A DNA stretch of 64,000 nucleotides from Nioella sp. (GCF_964229645.1 NZ_CAXREX010000182.1:39235-103234); one strand, 5' to 3'. Positions 1-9,942 are shown, counted from the stretch's first letter. Notes: generated from the sequence alone by a model not told the origin. Numbers and translations are program-made.

Positions 1-1278
1 GCGCAATCGGTCGATGAAATGTTCGATGTGACCTATGCCTGCGCGGAATCGGCGTCGATGATGCAGGGCGACCGGCTGGGCCTCGTGACGGTGTCGGGCG
101 GCGTCGGAGTGCTGATGGCCGACGAAGCCGAGAGACTGAAACTGGACGTGCCCGCACTTCCCGATCATGCGCAGAAGAAACTGAAAGCGGTGCTGCCCTT
201 CGCCGGGGTCCGCAACCCGGTCGACGTGACGGCGCAGCTGGTAAACCAGATCGACCTGCTGGAAACCAACATGGATGTGTTGTTTGGCGACGGCGACATC
301 GACGGAGCCATCATCTTCATGTCCACGGTCGGTCTGGTCGCCGACCTGAACGAAGCCATCCGGACCGGGCTGGAGCGCATCCGCGAGAAGTATCCCGGTC
401 GACCCATGCTGTTCTGTTCGTTGACCGAACCCGAAGGCCGTGCCGCATACGAAAGATCGGGGTTCATCGTGTTCGAGGAACCGACCCGCGCGGTCCGCGC
501 GATGGCCGCATTGCGCTATTTCGCCCGTTCCTTCGCGCGCGCCGGTGAAGCCGACCCGATACCCGAACTCACTGACCTGTCACCGCTGCCGGACGGGATG
601 ATAAACGAGATCGAGGCCAAGGCGCTGCTGGCCGAGGCCGGCATTGCGATCGTGCGCGAGACTTTGGCCAGGACGCCGGAAGCGGCAGCCGAGGCGGCGC
701 GGGAGATGGGCTTTCCGGTCGTGCTCAAGATCGCTTCGCCCGACATCCTGCACAAATCCGATATCGGCGGCGTGGCGCTGAATCTGCGCTCGGTCGAAGA
801 TGTCCGGTCCGCCGGGGCGCGAATCCTGGAACTGGCGTCCGAAAAGGCACCCGATGCGCGGATCGACGGGCTGGTCGTGGCGGAACAGGCAGCACCGGGA
901 CTGGAGGCCATACTCGGCGTGACCCGGGATCCCGCGTTCGGCCCGGTGGTCATGTTCGGTCTGGGCGGGGTGCTGGTCGAGGCCCTGGGAGACGTGTCCT
1001 TCCGGGTCGCGCCTTTCGGGCCCGCCGAAGCGCGCCGCATGATCGACGAAATCCACGGTCGAAAGCTGCTGGACGCCTTCCGGGGCGCGCCCGAACGCGA
1101 TATCGGCGCGCTCGCCGACGCGCTGGCGCGCCTGTCGGCCTTTGCCGCCCATCACGGGGCCGCGCTTGAGACGATTGATGTCAACCCGATGATCGTCGGA
1201 GCCGATGGCCAGGGCGCCGTGGCCGCCGACTGTGTCGTCATTCCAACCGGCAGGGAGGCCACTGACAACCGAGCCTGA
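1..1278 (+). CDS. Acyl-CoA synthetase (NDP-forming), acetate--CoA ligase family; 5'-truncated by the window edge
   Basis: Frame is open from base 1 (AQSVDEMFD...). Ligase-CoA domain motifs (SGGVGVLMAD, NPVDVT) are followed by an ATP-grasp domain (GFPVVLKIASPDILHKSDIGGV, DPAFGPVVMFGLGG, DVNP). Confidence 0.9.
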   Translation, partial: AQSVDEMFDVTYACAESASMMQGDRLGLVTVSGGVGVLMADEAERLKLDVPALPDHAQKKLKAVLPFAGVRNPVDVTAQLVNQIDLLETNMDVLFGDGDIDGAIIFMSTVGLVADLNEAIRTGLERIREKYPGRPMLFCSLTEPEGRAAYERSGFIVFEEPTRAVRAMAALRYFARSFARAGEADPIPELTDLSPLPDGMINEIEAKALLAEAGIAIVRETLARTPEAAAEAAREMGFPVVLKIASPDILHKSDIGGVALNLRSVEDVRSAGARILELASEKAPDARIDGLVVAEQAAPGLEAILGVTRDPAFGPVVMFGLGGVLVEALGDVSFRVAPFGPAEARRMIDEIHGRKLLDAFRGAPERDIGALADALARLSAFAAHHGAALETIDVNPMIVGADGQGAVAADCVVIPTGREATDNRA

Positions 1279-1324
1279 CATCTTCCCGATCCCCTGGCAG
1301 CAAGCGACGGACTGTCCGCGGTTT

Positions 1325-1340
1325 TCTAACAGTTGACAGA
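1325..1340. promoter_or_regulatory. Degenerate copy of the TCTAACA-NN-TGTTAGA operator, overlapping a TTGACA -35 box upstream of iclR
   Basis: TCTAACAGTTGACAGA has 2 mismatches to consensus, with symmetric TTT/AAA flanks (TTTTCTAACA..TGACAGAAAA). TTGACA is at 1333-1338. Confidence 0.5.
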
Positions 1341-1405
1341 AAATACATACGCGGCCAATCTACTTTCTGAATACTGTTCATATAATAGTATGCTGGGAGG
1401 GGATT

Positions 1406-2224
1406 ATGGAAGCTGCGCATCAGACGCCGGTGAAGACCGGCGGGGGTCACATCGTGAAATCAGTTGCCCGAACCTGTGAAACGTTGGTGTATTTCGACGA
1501 GATGCGTCGACCGCTTTCGGTAGTGGAAGTATCCAGGAAACTTGGGTATCCGCAATCGAGTACCTCGGCGCTGTTGAAGAGTATGGTCAGCCTCGGCTTC
1601 CTGACGCACGATGCCCGAAACAAGAACTACTTCCCCACGGAACGGGTCCCGCTTTTGGGCTCTTGGATGAACCCGGATCTGTTCGGCGAAGGCATCATCC
1701 AGCGGCTGCTCAAGGCGATTGCGCAACGGACCCAGCATGTCGTTGTCCTGGGAACAAAGAACGGCGACGAAGCCGAGTATGTGCAGGTAATCCGTCCGAA
1801 GAAGTCGCCGATTCACCACATTTCCCTCGGCACGCGACGTCCGCTGGGGAATTCGGGGGTGGGACGGGTTCTGATGAGCCGCTTCAGCGATGAAGAAGTG
1901 TGTCGCCTGTTACGAAAGATCAATGCCTATCGTGCGCCCGACGAACCGGCGGTGGACGTGAAGGCTTTCGTCGCCTCGTTGGCCGAGACGCGTGCCAAGG
2001 GATACTATCGTTCGACCGATCAAGTCGTCAAAGGTGCCGGGTTGATCTCGATGCCCTTTCCCAGCCACCAGAGTTCCCGCCTGTTTGCCGTTGGGGTTGG
2101 TGCTCCGACGGATGTCATCCTGCGGTCCGAGAACGAAATTGTCAGGATCATGCGTGAAGAGATTCTTCAGAACTTGGGAAAGAAAGGTCATGACCACAGG
2201 TCTGTTGAACATCGGAGTTCTTGA
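1406..2224 (+). CDS. IclR family transcriptional regulator
   Basis: N-terminal HTH (KSVARTCETL...LSVVEVSRKLGYPQSSTSALLKSMVSLGFL) and IclR effector domain (SGVGRVLMS, ETRAKGYYRS). RBS GGGAGG upstream. Confidence 0.92.
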   Translation: MEAAHQTPVKTGGGHIVKSVARTCETLVYFDEMRRPLSVVEVSRKLGYPQSSTSALLKSMVSLGFLTHDARNKNYFPTERVPLLGSWMNPDLFGEGIIQRLLKAIAQRTQHVVVLGTKNGDEAEYVQVIRPKKSPIHHISLGTRRPLGNSGVGRVLMSRFSDEEVCRLLRKINAYRAPDEPAVDVKAFVASLAETRAKGYYRSTDQVVKGAGLISMPFPSHQSSRLFAVGVGAPTDVILRSENEIVRIMREEILQNLGKKGHDHRSVEHRSS

Positions 2225-2235
2225 CCGCCGTAAGT

Positions 2236-2277
2236 CCTGGGTCACCCCAGGATCCGGGGCGGAGATTTCCCGGATCC
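2236..2277. terminator. Two abutting GC-rich hairpins downstream of iclR
   Basis: CCTGGG/CCCAGG (2236-2251) and GGATCCGGG/CCCGGATCC (2250-2277) inverted repeats. No clear U-tract. Confidence 0.4.
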
Positions 2278-2294
2278 GATAGTCGGAGTCCTGT

Positions 2295-2630
2295 TCAGGT
2301 TCGCGCGTCGCCAAATGCCTGATCGACCGGCTTGCGAGAGAATTTGCCTGCCAAGAAGGGCCTGCGGGCCGCTATGCGCGCCATCGCCATTCGCGCATCA
2401 TAAACTGTCAATTCAGCAGCTGCCTCGTCCCCAACGCTTCTCCGAAGACTATCATCCAGCCATTCGACCGTCGTGCCTATATCACGCCAGGCATGATAGC
2501 TGTCCGTTTCGTCGCGGCGCCGCAGGTAGTCTTGCGGCCCTTCGCAGTTTTTTGATGGATGCCCCGAACCGTCACTGCAAACAGGGTGGAGTTTCAGTGC
2601 GGGCTGGGCCACGACGATGTGTTCGGCGGC
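2295..2630 (-). pseudogene. Degraded C-terminal fragment of a pRiA4b ORF-3-like (IS1096 passenger TnpR family) protein
   Basis: Translation EHIVVAQPALKLHPVCSDGSGHPSKNCEGPQDYLRRRDETDSYHAWRDIGTTVEWLDD...MAMARIAARRPFLAGKFSRKPVDQAF resembles, from memory, the family's YPxCxxGxGACPPEDCGGPxxY...RRDE...WRD...RRPF...FSR C-terminus. The PPED core is eroded and no N-terminal half is recognisable. Confidence 0.5.
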
Positions 2631-2877
2631 GCAATGATGACCAACGCGTTCGCCGCACGGCTGCACTTTCCCGGGTTTCCGGGCATCGTCGTCGCGCAGC
2701 TCCTGCCATAGCGGACCACGGCACGGGGGCAGGTGCCGTTCGACACGCTCGACATTCCGAATGCGCCGGTCAGCGGGGAGTTGATACTCTACCACGTTAC
2801 CGAAACAGCGCTGGGATGCGCAGGTCCACCGGACCGGCGATCGACGTGCGGACGCAACCGCGGCCTTCGTTCGCGCA

Positions 2878-2895
2878 ATCGCATATATGTGCGAT
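2878..2895. promoter_or_regulatory. Imperfect palindrome ATCGCATATATGTGCGAT, candidate IclR operator upstream of the TRAP operon
   Basis: 16/18 self-complementary with an AT-rich core, about 170 bp upstream of dctP. Confidence 0.5.
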
Positions 2896-3066
2896 CTGGT
2901 GGCGGGATCGGGGTGGGCGGCGCTTCCGCATTGACCGGGCCGCGTGCCGGGTGATTGCATCGGACGAGGAAGGCTAACCAACGGACGGGTCCATGAGGCA
3001 CCCGCCGAAGCAAGGGAGGCGGCCGGGCTCGGGAAGCGTCGGCCGACGCAGGGAGGAAGAATTATA

Positions 3067-4110
3067 ATGACTGTATTGAACGGACTGGATCGTCTTGCCG
3101 CAGGCGCGGCGCTGATAATCGCAGGCGCGCTGGCGCCGCAGGTGGCCTTGGCCGAGACAACCCTCAAGGTGGCGGACACCTTTCCGCCGGGCCACTACAT
3201 CGTCGAGACCGGCACCAAATACTGGATGGAGCGGGTGACCGAACTGACCGACGGCGAGGTCCAGTTCCAGTATTTCGGCGCAGGGCAGATGGGCTCGCTT
3301 CGCGACATGTTCTCGTTGGTGCAGTCGGGCGTGGTGGACATAGGCTATGTCCCACCGGCCTATAACGGGGGCACGATGCCGCTGGCCGGTGTGCACACGC
3401 TGCCGGGGCTGTTCTCGCAAAGTACGGTCGGCACACCGGCATTCTACGATACGGTGACCTCGGGGCCGATCCTGGAGAACGATTTTCTGAAAAACGGGAT
3501 GCGTCCGCTCTGGGGCGTAATGACCTCCACCTACAATCTCTTTACCCGTGGCAAGGAGATCGACGGCCTGGAGGATATCGATGGGCTCAAGCTGAAGATC
3601 ATTGCCGGTAACATGTCGGAATCTGTCAAGGCCCTGGGCGGCGCTCCGGTGGATATTCCCAGCCCCGAAACCTATCAGGCGATCCGGACCGGCACGGTTG
3701 ACGGCGCGATCTTCCCGACCACGAGCATCTATTCCTACAAGCTCGAAGAGGTGATCGACACCGCTGTGCTTGGGCTGGATATCTTCGTGTACTGGGCACC
3801 TTACGTGATCCGCGACGAGGTCTGGCAAGGGCTTGCGCCCGAGCATCAGGAGGCGATGAAGCAGGCGGCGCAGGAGGCGATGCAGCGCGTCGCCGAGGAA
3901 ACCGACCGATCGGCCGCCGAACTCGAAGACAAGATGCGCGAAAGCGGCATCGAGGTCATCGTTCTTGACGAAGCGCAGCGCGAACAGGTCAGAACGGCCA
4001 CGGCGCCGGTCTTCGATGCCTGGGTTTCGGACCTGGAAGAGCGCGGCATGCCCGGCGGCGAGGTGCTGGAGGCTTTTCGTTCAAATATCGAAAAGCACCA
4101 GAAGCAGTAA
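3067..4110 (+). CDS. dctP: TRAP transporter substrate-binding protein (DctP family)
   Basis: Signal peptide (...ALAPQVALA-ETTLKVAD), ELTDGEVQFQYFGAGQMG, DIDGLKLKI, YQAIRTGTVDGA. ATG at 3067 follows GGGAGGAAGA. Confidence 0.9.
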   Translation: MTVLNGLDRLAAGAALIIAGALAPQVALAETTLKVADTFPPGHYIVETGTKYWMERVTELTDGEVQFQYFGAGQMGSLRDMFSLVQSGVVDIGYVPPAYNGGTMPLAGVHTLPGLFSQSTVGTPAFYDTVTSGPILENDFLKNGMRPLWGVMTSTYNLFTRGKEIDGLEDIDGLKLKIIAGNMSESVKALGGAPVDIPSPETYQAIRTGTVDGAIFPTTSIYSYKLEEVIDTAVLGLDIFVYWAPYVIRDEVWQGLAPEHQEAMKQAAQEAMQRVAEETDRSAAELEDKMRESGIEVIVLDEAQREQVRTATAPVFDAWVSDLEERGMPGGEVLEAFRSNIEKHQKQ

Positions 4111-4122
4111 AGGGGCCCGACC

Positions 4123-4692
4123 GTGCATCCGCATGATCTTGATCCCGAAGAGGACGCCGTGCCGCCGCCCAAGGCTGGATTGCACGGCCCTCTTGGCCGC
4201 ACAATGGACCGGGTTGACACCTGGGCGAACTGGCTGTCGCGCGCGGCGATGATCATCATGCTGGTGCTGATCCTTATCCAGATCTTCACCCGCTATGTCC
4301 TGAACGACCCGATCGAGGGCGTCATAGGGGCCACCGAACTCTATCTGATGCCCATCATCGTGTTCGGAAGCCTGAGCTACCTTGAGATGCACGACGGCCA
4401 TGTGCGGGTGGGGATCCTGTTCGAGGCGCTGCCAGCCAGGCTGCGCGCCGGTCTCGACGTGGTTCTGCGTCTGCTGGCGGCCGCGTTTTTCGCGCTGGTG
4501 TGCTACGGTGCCTCGCGTGAGGCGCTCAAGGCGTGGGACTTCGGGTATCGCACGTCGGGCGACATCGACGCGCCGCTCGTCACCGCCCTCGTGATTGCGC
4601 CAATCGGCTGCCTGCTGATTGTCCTGCGGCTTCTGGTGAACTTGGCGGGCGACGTGCAGCGGCTCCGCGACCCCAAGGATCGGGCGGTCTGA
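4123..4692 (+). CDS. dctQ: TRAP transporter small permease (DctQ)
   Basis: Four hydrophobic segments, IFTRYVLNDPI and GHVRVGIL motifs. Lies between dctP and dctM. Confidence 0.88.
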   Translation: MHPHDLDPEEDAVPPPKAGLHGPLGRTMDRVDTWANWLSRAAMIIMLVLILIQIFTRYVLNDPIEGVIGATELYLMPIIVFGSLSYLEMHDGHVRVGILFEALPARLRAGLDVVLRLLAAAFFALVCYGASREALKAWDFGYRTSGDIDAPLVTALVIAPIGCLLIVLRLLVNLAGDVQRLRDPKDRAV

Positions 4693-4694
4693 GC

Positions 4695-5984
4695 ATGGAA
4701 TATCTCGCACCCGTGTCCTTCCTGCTGGCGGGGCTTCTCGTCGTCGGGATGCCGATTGGCTTCGCTATGGGCATCGCCGGCACTGTGGGGCTTTACCTGA
4801 TCGGCGGGCTCAACCTTGCGCTCGGGATCCTGTCGGTCGCCCCCTATCGCAACACAGCCTCCTGGTTGCTGACCGCCATTCCCCTGTTCATTCTGATGGC
4901 CGAGATCCTGTCGGCCAGCCGGATCTCGTCGGACATGTTCCGCGCCGCCAACAAGTGGGTCGGGCATCTGCCAGGCGGGCTGGCTGTGGCCACGGTGTTC
5001 ACCAGCGCAGGTTTCGGTGCGGTGTCTGGCTCGTCGACCGCCGCCACCGCGACAATGGCCCGCACCGTCGCGCCGGAGGCCAAAAAATACGGTTATGACC
5101 GTGGTATGATCGTGGGCACGGTGGCGGCAGCCGGCACGCTGTCGATCATGATCCCGCCGTCGGTGGTGCTCATGGTCTACGGCATTATCACCGAAACCTC
5201 TATCGGCGGGCTCTTCATCGCCGGCATCGTACCCGGACTGATCACCGCGCTGTCCTTTGCCGGCATCACCATGGCCTGGGCGGCGCTGAACCCCAAACTT
5301 GCGCCGCCGGTGCAAAGCCACAGCTGGCGAGAGCGCATCCTGTCGCTGCGTGAGCTTTGGCCGGTGATCTTGCTGTTCGTGTTTGTGGTCGCCGGAATCT
5401 ATTCCGGCGCCGTCACCGTCACCGAAGCTGCGGCGGCAGGCTGTCTCGGCGCGATCCTGATCGCCGCCGTGATGCTGCGGCGCATGGGCTGGCGCGACTT
5501 CATGAACGCGCTTGAACGCACCACCCGCCCCACGGCAATGATCTTTACCATCATCATCGGGGCCCATATCTTCGGCTATTTCGTTACCCTCACGATGGCA
5601 CCGCAGGCGCTGGTTTCCTACGTGCAGGGGCTGGAGATCAGTCCGGGAATGGTGATCCTCATCCTGATCGTGATCTACGTGCTTCTGGGCTGCGTTATGG
5701 ATCAGCTGGCGATCCTGATCCTGACCATGCCGATCGTCTTTCCGATGGTCATGGAACTCGGCTACTCGCCGATCTGGTTTGGCATCCTCATCACCAAGAC
5801 CGTCGAGATCGGGCTGATCACGCCGCCCATCGGGATGAACGTCTTCGTCGCCAGCTCGATCACCGGGGTGCCGCTCAAACGGGTCTTTGTGGGTGTGTTG
5901 CCCTTCGTTCTGGCAGAGTTCGCGGTTCTGGCGCTGATCGCCTTCTTCCCGGAAATCGTCACCGCGTTCTCGGGTGAATACTAG
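4695..5984 (+). CDS. dctM: TRAP transporter large permease (DctM)
   Basis: GMPIGFAMG, LTAIPLFILMAE, GAVSGSSTAATA, AGTLSIMIPPS and GLITPPIGMNVFV motifs. Start reassigned to ATG 4695. Confidence 0.92.
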   Translation: MEYLAPVSFLLAGLLVVGMPIGFAMGIAGTVGLYLIGGLNLALGILSVAPYRNTASWLLTAIPLFILMAEILSASRISSDMFRAANKWVGHLPGGLAVATVFTSAGFGAVSGSSTAATATMARTVAPEAKKYGYDRGMIVGTVAAAGTLSIMIPPSVVLMVYGIITETSIGGLFIAGIVPGLITALSFAGITMAWAALNPKLAPPVQSHSWRERILSLRELWPVILLFVFVVAGIYSGAVTVTEAAAAGCLGAILIAAVMLRRMGWRDFMNALERTTRPTAMIFTIIIGAHIFGYFVTLTMAPQALVSYVQGLEISPGMVILILIVIYVLLGCVMDQLAILILTMPIVFPMVMELGYSPIWFGILITKTVEIGLITPPIGMNVFVASSITGVPLKRVFVGVLPFVLAEFAVLALIAFFPEIVTAFSGEY

Positions 5985-6004
5985 GCAATAAAAAGGAATC
6001 GAAA

Positions 6005-6754
6005 GTGAAACTGGGACTGAAGGACAAGGTAGCAATCGTCACCGGGTCGGGCCGCGGGATCGGCGCGGTGACGGCGCGCGCGCTGGCCGAGGAAGGGGCG
6101 AAGGTGGTGATCACCGATATCGACCCGGAAACCACCGAAGCCACCCGCGCTGCGTTTGTCGCCGACGGTTACGCGGCGATCGGTGCCGTCTGCGACGTCA
6201 CCGACGAGGCCCAGGTCAACGCGCTCGTCGCGCGCACGATCGAGAAATTCGGGGCCGTCCATATCCTTGTGAACAACGCCGGCTTTCCGCGCGACAACTA
6301 TATCACCAAGATGCCGGAGCAGGATTGGGATGCCGTGGTGGGCGTGATCCTGAAGGGTGCCTACAACTGCTCGCGCGCCGTGGTGCCGCATTTCATGGAG
6401 CAGAACTGGGGCAGGGTGATCAACATCTCGTCGCGCGCCTATCTCGGCAATCCCGGGCAGACCAACTATGCGGCGGCCAAGGCCGGCATTATCGGCTTTA
6501 CCCGGGCGCTTGGGATGGAGCAGGGGCGCTTCAACGTCACGGTCAACGCCATCGCGCCGGGTTTCATCGCCACCGACATGATCGAGGCACTTCCGAACTA
6601 CGACCGGATCAAGTCGCGCGCGCTGGCGATGAACACCGTTCCGCGCCTGGGCAACGAGCGCGACATCGCCAACGGCGTGGTGTTCCTCGCCTCTGATGCG
6701 GCGGAATACATCTCGGGTGAGACACTGCACATCACCGGCGGGCGGTATGGCTGA
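6005..6754 (+). CDS. Short-chain dehydrogenase/reductase (FabG-like 3-oxoacyl reductase family)
   Basis: TGSGRGIG, VNNAG and YAAAK motifs. GTG start after AAGGA. Confidence 0.9.
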   Translation: MKLGLKDKVAIVTGSGRGIGAVTARALAEEGAKVVITDIDPETTEATRAAFVADGYAAIGAVCDVTDEAQVNALVARTIEKFGAVHILVNNAGFPRDNYITKMPEQDWDAVVGVILKGAYNCSRAVVPHFMEQNWGRVINISSRAYLGNPGQTNYAAAKAGIIGFTRALGMEQGRFNVTVNAIAPGFIATDMIEALPNYDRIKSRALAMNTVPRLGNERDIANGVVFLASDAAEYISGETLHITGGRYG

Positions 6755-7919
6755 ACACGTCGCGCCGTCCATCGATGACCAGGAGCAGGAGACGCGGATG
6801 CTGCGCGACAGCATCCGGGGTTTCATGGCGCGCGAACTGACCGAGGCGCGCATCTCCGAATGCGAGGCGGCGGGCGAGCTGCCCTGGAAGATGGTGGGCG
6901 CGCTGCGCCAGTTCGGCTATCTCGGCGGGCTTCTGCCCGAGGAGGCGGGAGGCTACGGGCTGAGTTACCGCACCTGGGCGATGATGATGGAGGAGGCGGG
7001 GTATCGCTGGCTGTCGCTCCGGGTGCTGCTCAATACCGTCAACATCGTCGCCGCGCTGCTGCACCATCTGGGCGACGCCCGGCAGAAGGAGAAATGGCTG
7101 GATCCCGTCATCGCCGGGGAGATGCCGGTCTGGGTCGGGATCACCGAACCTGACCACGGCTCCGACGTCGCCTCGGTCCAGACCCGGGCCGAGGACAAGG
7201 GCGACCACTGGCTGATCAACGGCGGCAAGCTGTGGACGACGAATGGTATTCACGGCCGGGTCGGAATCCTGGTGGCGCGGACGTTCACCGAAGGCTGCGA
7301 CGGCGATCTGAGCCTGTTCCTCGTGGATTCCGAGGAAACCGATTTCGAAGCCTCGCGGGTGGGCACGATGTTCATCAAGGCCACGGCGACATCGCAACTG
7401 GCCTTTCACAACGCAAGAGTGCCAAAGGAAAACCTGCTGGGACCGGCGGGCAAGGGCCTGAAGGCGATCCTTACCGGGCTGAATTACGGGCGGCTCAACG
7501 TGGCGGCGGGCGCGGTGGGCGCGTCGCAGCGGGCGCTGGACCTCTCGACCGATTACGTCAAGACGCGCAAGCAGTTCGGTAACGTGATCGGGGGCTACCA
7601 ACTGGTACAGAAGCTGATCGTGGACATGACCATCCGCACCGAAGCCGCCCGCGCCCTGACCGACCGCGCAGCACAGGCGCTGGACGCGGGTCTGCCCGGG
7701 CGCAAGGAATGCTCGATTGCCAAGCTCTATGCCAGCGAGGCGGCGCATGAGGTCGCGTCGATGGCGCTGCAGGCCCATGGCGGGCTGGGATATTCCACCG
7801 ATTACCCGGTCGAGCGGTTGTTCCGCGACACCCGCGGCGGGCTGATCCCCGAGGGCACCTCGGAAATCCAGACTTTGATCATCGGGCGCGAGGTTCTCGG
7901 GATCTCGGCATTCACCTGA
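6747..7919 (+). CDS. Acyl-CoA dehydrogenase
   Basis: ITEPDHGSDVAS, NGGKLWTTNG, RKQFG, HGGLGYSTDYPVER and IPEGTSEIQ motifs. Confidence 0.92.
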   Translation: MAEHVAPSIDDQEQETRMLRDSIRGFMARELTEARISECEAAGELPWKMVGALRQFGYLGGLLPEEAGGYGLSYRTWAMMMEEAGYRWLSLRVLLNTVNIVAALLHHLGDARQKEKWLDPVIAGEMPVWVGITEPDHGSDVASVQTRAEDKGDHWLINGGKLWTTNGIHGRVGILVARTFTEGCDGDLSLFLVDSEETDFEASRVGTMFIKATATSQLAFHNARVPKENLLGPAGKGLKAILTGLNYGRLNVAAGAVGASQRALDLSTDYVKTRKQFGNVIGGYQLVQKLIVDMTIRTEAARALTDRAAQALDAGLPGRKECSIAKLYASEAAHEVASMALQAHGGLGYSTDYPVERLFRDTRGGLIPEGTSEIQTLIIGREVLGISAFT

Positions 7920-7929
7920 GGAGGCGGCC

Positions 7930-9450
7930 ATGCCGATGACCTTTCTCCAGGCCCTGAGGTTGAACGCGCGGCGGTTCCCCACGAAACCCTCGGTGGTGTT
8001 CGAGGGGCGAAGCCAGACCTACACGGATCTTCTGAACCGGGTGGAACGGATGATGACGGTGCTGGCGCGACGCGGCATCGCGCCGGGCGACAAGGTGGCG
8101 GTGATCTCGGAAAACCATCCCGATTTCCTTGCCGCCTATGTGGCGGTGACCGGGCTGGGCGCGATCCCCGCACCGATCAACTACCGCATCGCGCCCGAGG
8201 TCATGGCCGAGGTGGTCGCCCGCTCGGACAGCAAGGCCTTGCTGCTGGGAGACGCGGCGCTGGACCATGCCGATCTGTTCCGGACTGTGGTAAGCGATAT
8301 CATCGCCCTTGGCGACGTGGCCGCGCAAGGACTGCCGCGCCTGTCGGACCTTCTGGCAGACACACCGCCCGATCCGCCGCAAGGGCAGGACGGCACCACG
8401 ATCATGCTGCACACGTCGGGGACCACCGGCAAGCCCAAGGGCGCGCTGCGCAGTCTCTTCGGCATGGAGGAACGCGCCATCGAGCAGCGTTTCCGCCCCG
8501 ACGACCGGGCGCTGTCGGCGCTGCCGATCTGCCTGTCGGCCGGCTGCACCTATACGCTGCTGCCGCTTTATCTGGGTGCCAGCGTCCATCTGATGCGCCG
8601 CTTCGACGGGGCCGCGGCGCTGCGCCTGATCGAGGACGAACGGCTGACCGCCACCATGCTGCTGCCGGCCATGCTGCAGCGGATGGTCGAGTCCGACGGC
8701 TTCGCCGGCGCCGACCTGTCGTCGCTGCGCACTTTGCAGTCGGGCGGCGGCGAGATGTATCCCGACCTCAAGCGCGCCGCGCTCGACAAGTTCGGCGATG
8801 CGCTGATGATCTATGCCGCCTCCAGCGAAGCAGGGCCCTATGCCAACCTGACCGCCGAGGACCTGCGCCGCAACCTTGCAGGCAATTGCGTGGGCCGTCC
8901 CTTCTTCGGGGTCGAACTCAAGCTGCTGGACGATGATGGAAACGAGGTGCCGCAGGGTGAGGTCGGCGAGATCTGCACCCGCAGCGAAAGCCGCTATGAC
9001 GGATATTACAACGACGAGGCGCTGACCGCCGAGACCCGGCGCGGCGACTATCTGACGGTGGGCGATCTGGGTCGGATCGATGCCGAGGGGCTGCTCTGGT
9101 TCACCGGCCGCAAGCGCGACATCATCAAGAGCGGCGGCATCAACGTCTACGCCCCCGAGATCGAGGAGGCGCTGGCCAGCCATCCCGAGATTGCCGAGGC
9201 GCATTGCATCGGCCTGCCCGATCCGCGCTGGACCGAGGCGATCTGCGCGGTGATCGTGCCCGCGCCGGGCGCCCGGCTGACCGCGGCCGATGTGATCGCC
9301 CACGCCGAGGCGGGGCTTGACCGCTACAAGCGTCCGCGACGCGTGGTTTTCATGGCGGCGGTGCCGCGCAACCTGACCGGCCGCGTGCTCAAGTCCGAAC
9401 TCAAGGGCATGGTGCTGGCGCTGCCGGAAGAGGAGGAGGAAAGCCGATGA
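7930..9450 (+). CDS. AMP-forming acyl-CoA synthetase (class I adenylate-forming)
   Basis: TSGTTGKPKG P-loop, GDLG, GRKRDIIKSGGINVY and PRNLTGRVLK motifs. Confidence 0.92.
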   Translation: MPMTFLQALRLNARRFPTKPSVVFEGRSQTYTDLLNRVERMMTVLARRGIAPGDKVAVISENHPDFLAAYVAVTGLGAIPAPINYRIAPEVMAEVVARSDSKALLLGDAALDHADLFRTVVSDIIALGDVAAQGLPRLSDLLADTPPDPPQGQDGTTIMLHTSGTTGKPKGALRSLFGMEERAIEQRFRPDDRALSALPICLSAGCTYTLLPLYLGASVHLMRRFDGAAALRLIEDERLTATMLLPAMLQRMVESDGFAGADLSSLRTLQSGGGEMYPDLKRAALDKFGDALMIYAASSEAGPYANLTAEDLRRNLAGNCVGRPFFGVELKLLDDDGNEVPQGEVGEICTRSESRYDGYYNDEALTAETRRGDYLTVGDLGRIDAEGLLWFTGRKRDIIKSGGINVYAPEIEEALASHPEIAEAHCIGLPDPRWTEAICAVIVPAPGARLTAADVIAHAEAGLDRYKRPRRVVFMAAVPRNLTGRVLKSELKGMVLALPEEEEESR

Positions 9451-9938
9451 CCCGACCCGACCTTTCTGCCCTGAAGGGCCAGCAGCTTTACTGGGAGGAC
9501 CTGAACGAAGGCGACCAGTTCGACAGCCCCACCCGCACCATCACCGAGGCGGACGTGACGGGATTTGCCTGCCTGTCGGGCGATTTCAACCGGCTGCATG
9601 TGGATGCCGAGTATGCCGCCGGGTCAGCCTATGGCCAGCGCATCGCACACGGGCTTCTGGTTGTGTCGGTGATGTCGGGGCTGACCACGCGGATGTTGCT
9701 GAACACCTTCCTCGAACCTTCGCTGCTGGGACTTCTGGACATGCAATGCCGGTTCCCGAAACCCACCTTCATCGGCGACACGATCGGGGTGCGCGTCACC
9801 GTGGCCGAGAAGCGCGAGACCTCGAAACCCGAACGCGGCATCCTGTCGTTCCGGCGCGAGGTGACCAACCAGCGGGGGGAGACCGTGGTGGAAGGGGTCT
9901 GGAAACTGCTCGTCCGTCGTGCGCCACCGGGTGCCTGA
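9447..9938 (+). CDS. MaoC/PaaZ-C-terminal-type (R)-specific enoyl-CoA hydratase
   Basis: FACLSGDFNRLHVDAEYA...IAHG hydratase-2 motif, FPKPTFIGDTI. Confidence 0.88.
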   Translation: MTRPDLSALKGQQLYWEDLNEGDQFDSPTRTITEADVTGFACLSGDFNRLHVDAEYAAGSAYGQRIAHGLLVVSVMSGLTTRMLLNTFLEPSLLGLLDMQCRFPKPTFIGDTIGVRVTVAEKRETSKPERGILSFRREVTNQRGETVVEGVWKLLVRRAPPGA

Positions 9939-9942
9939 ACCG

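Noticed and set aside
2315-2977. 220-aa plus-strand ORF in the iclR-dctP gap
   Set aside because: Arg/Pro-rich low-information translation with no family motif and no RBS.
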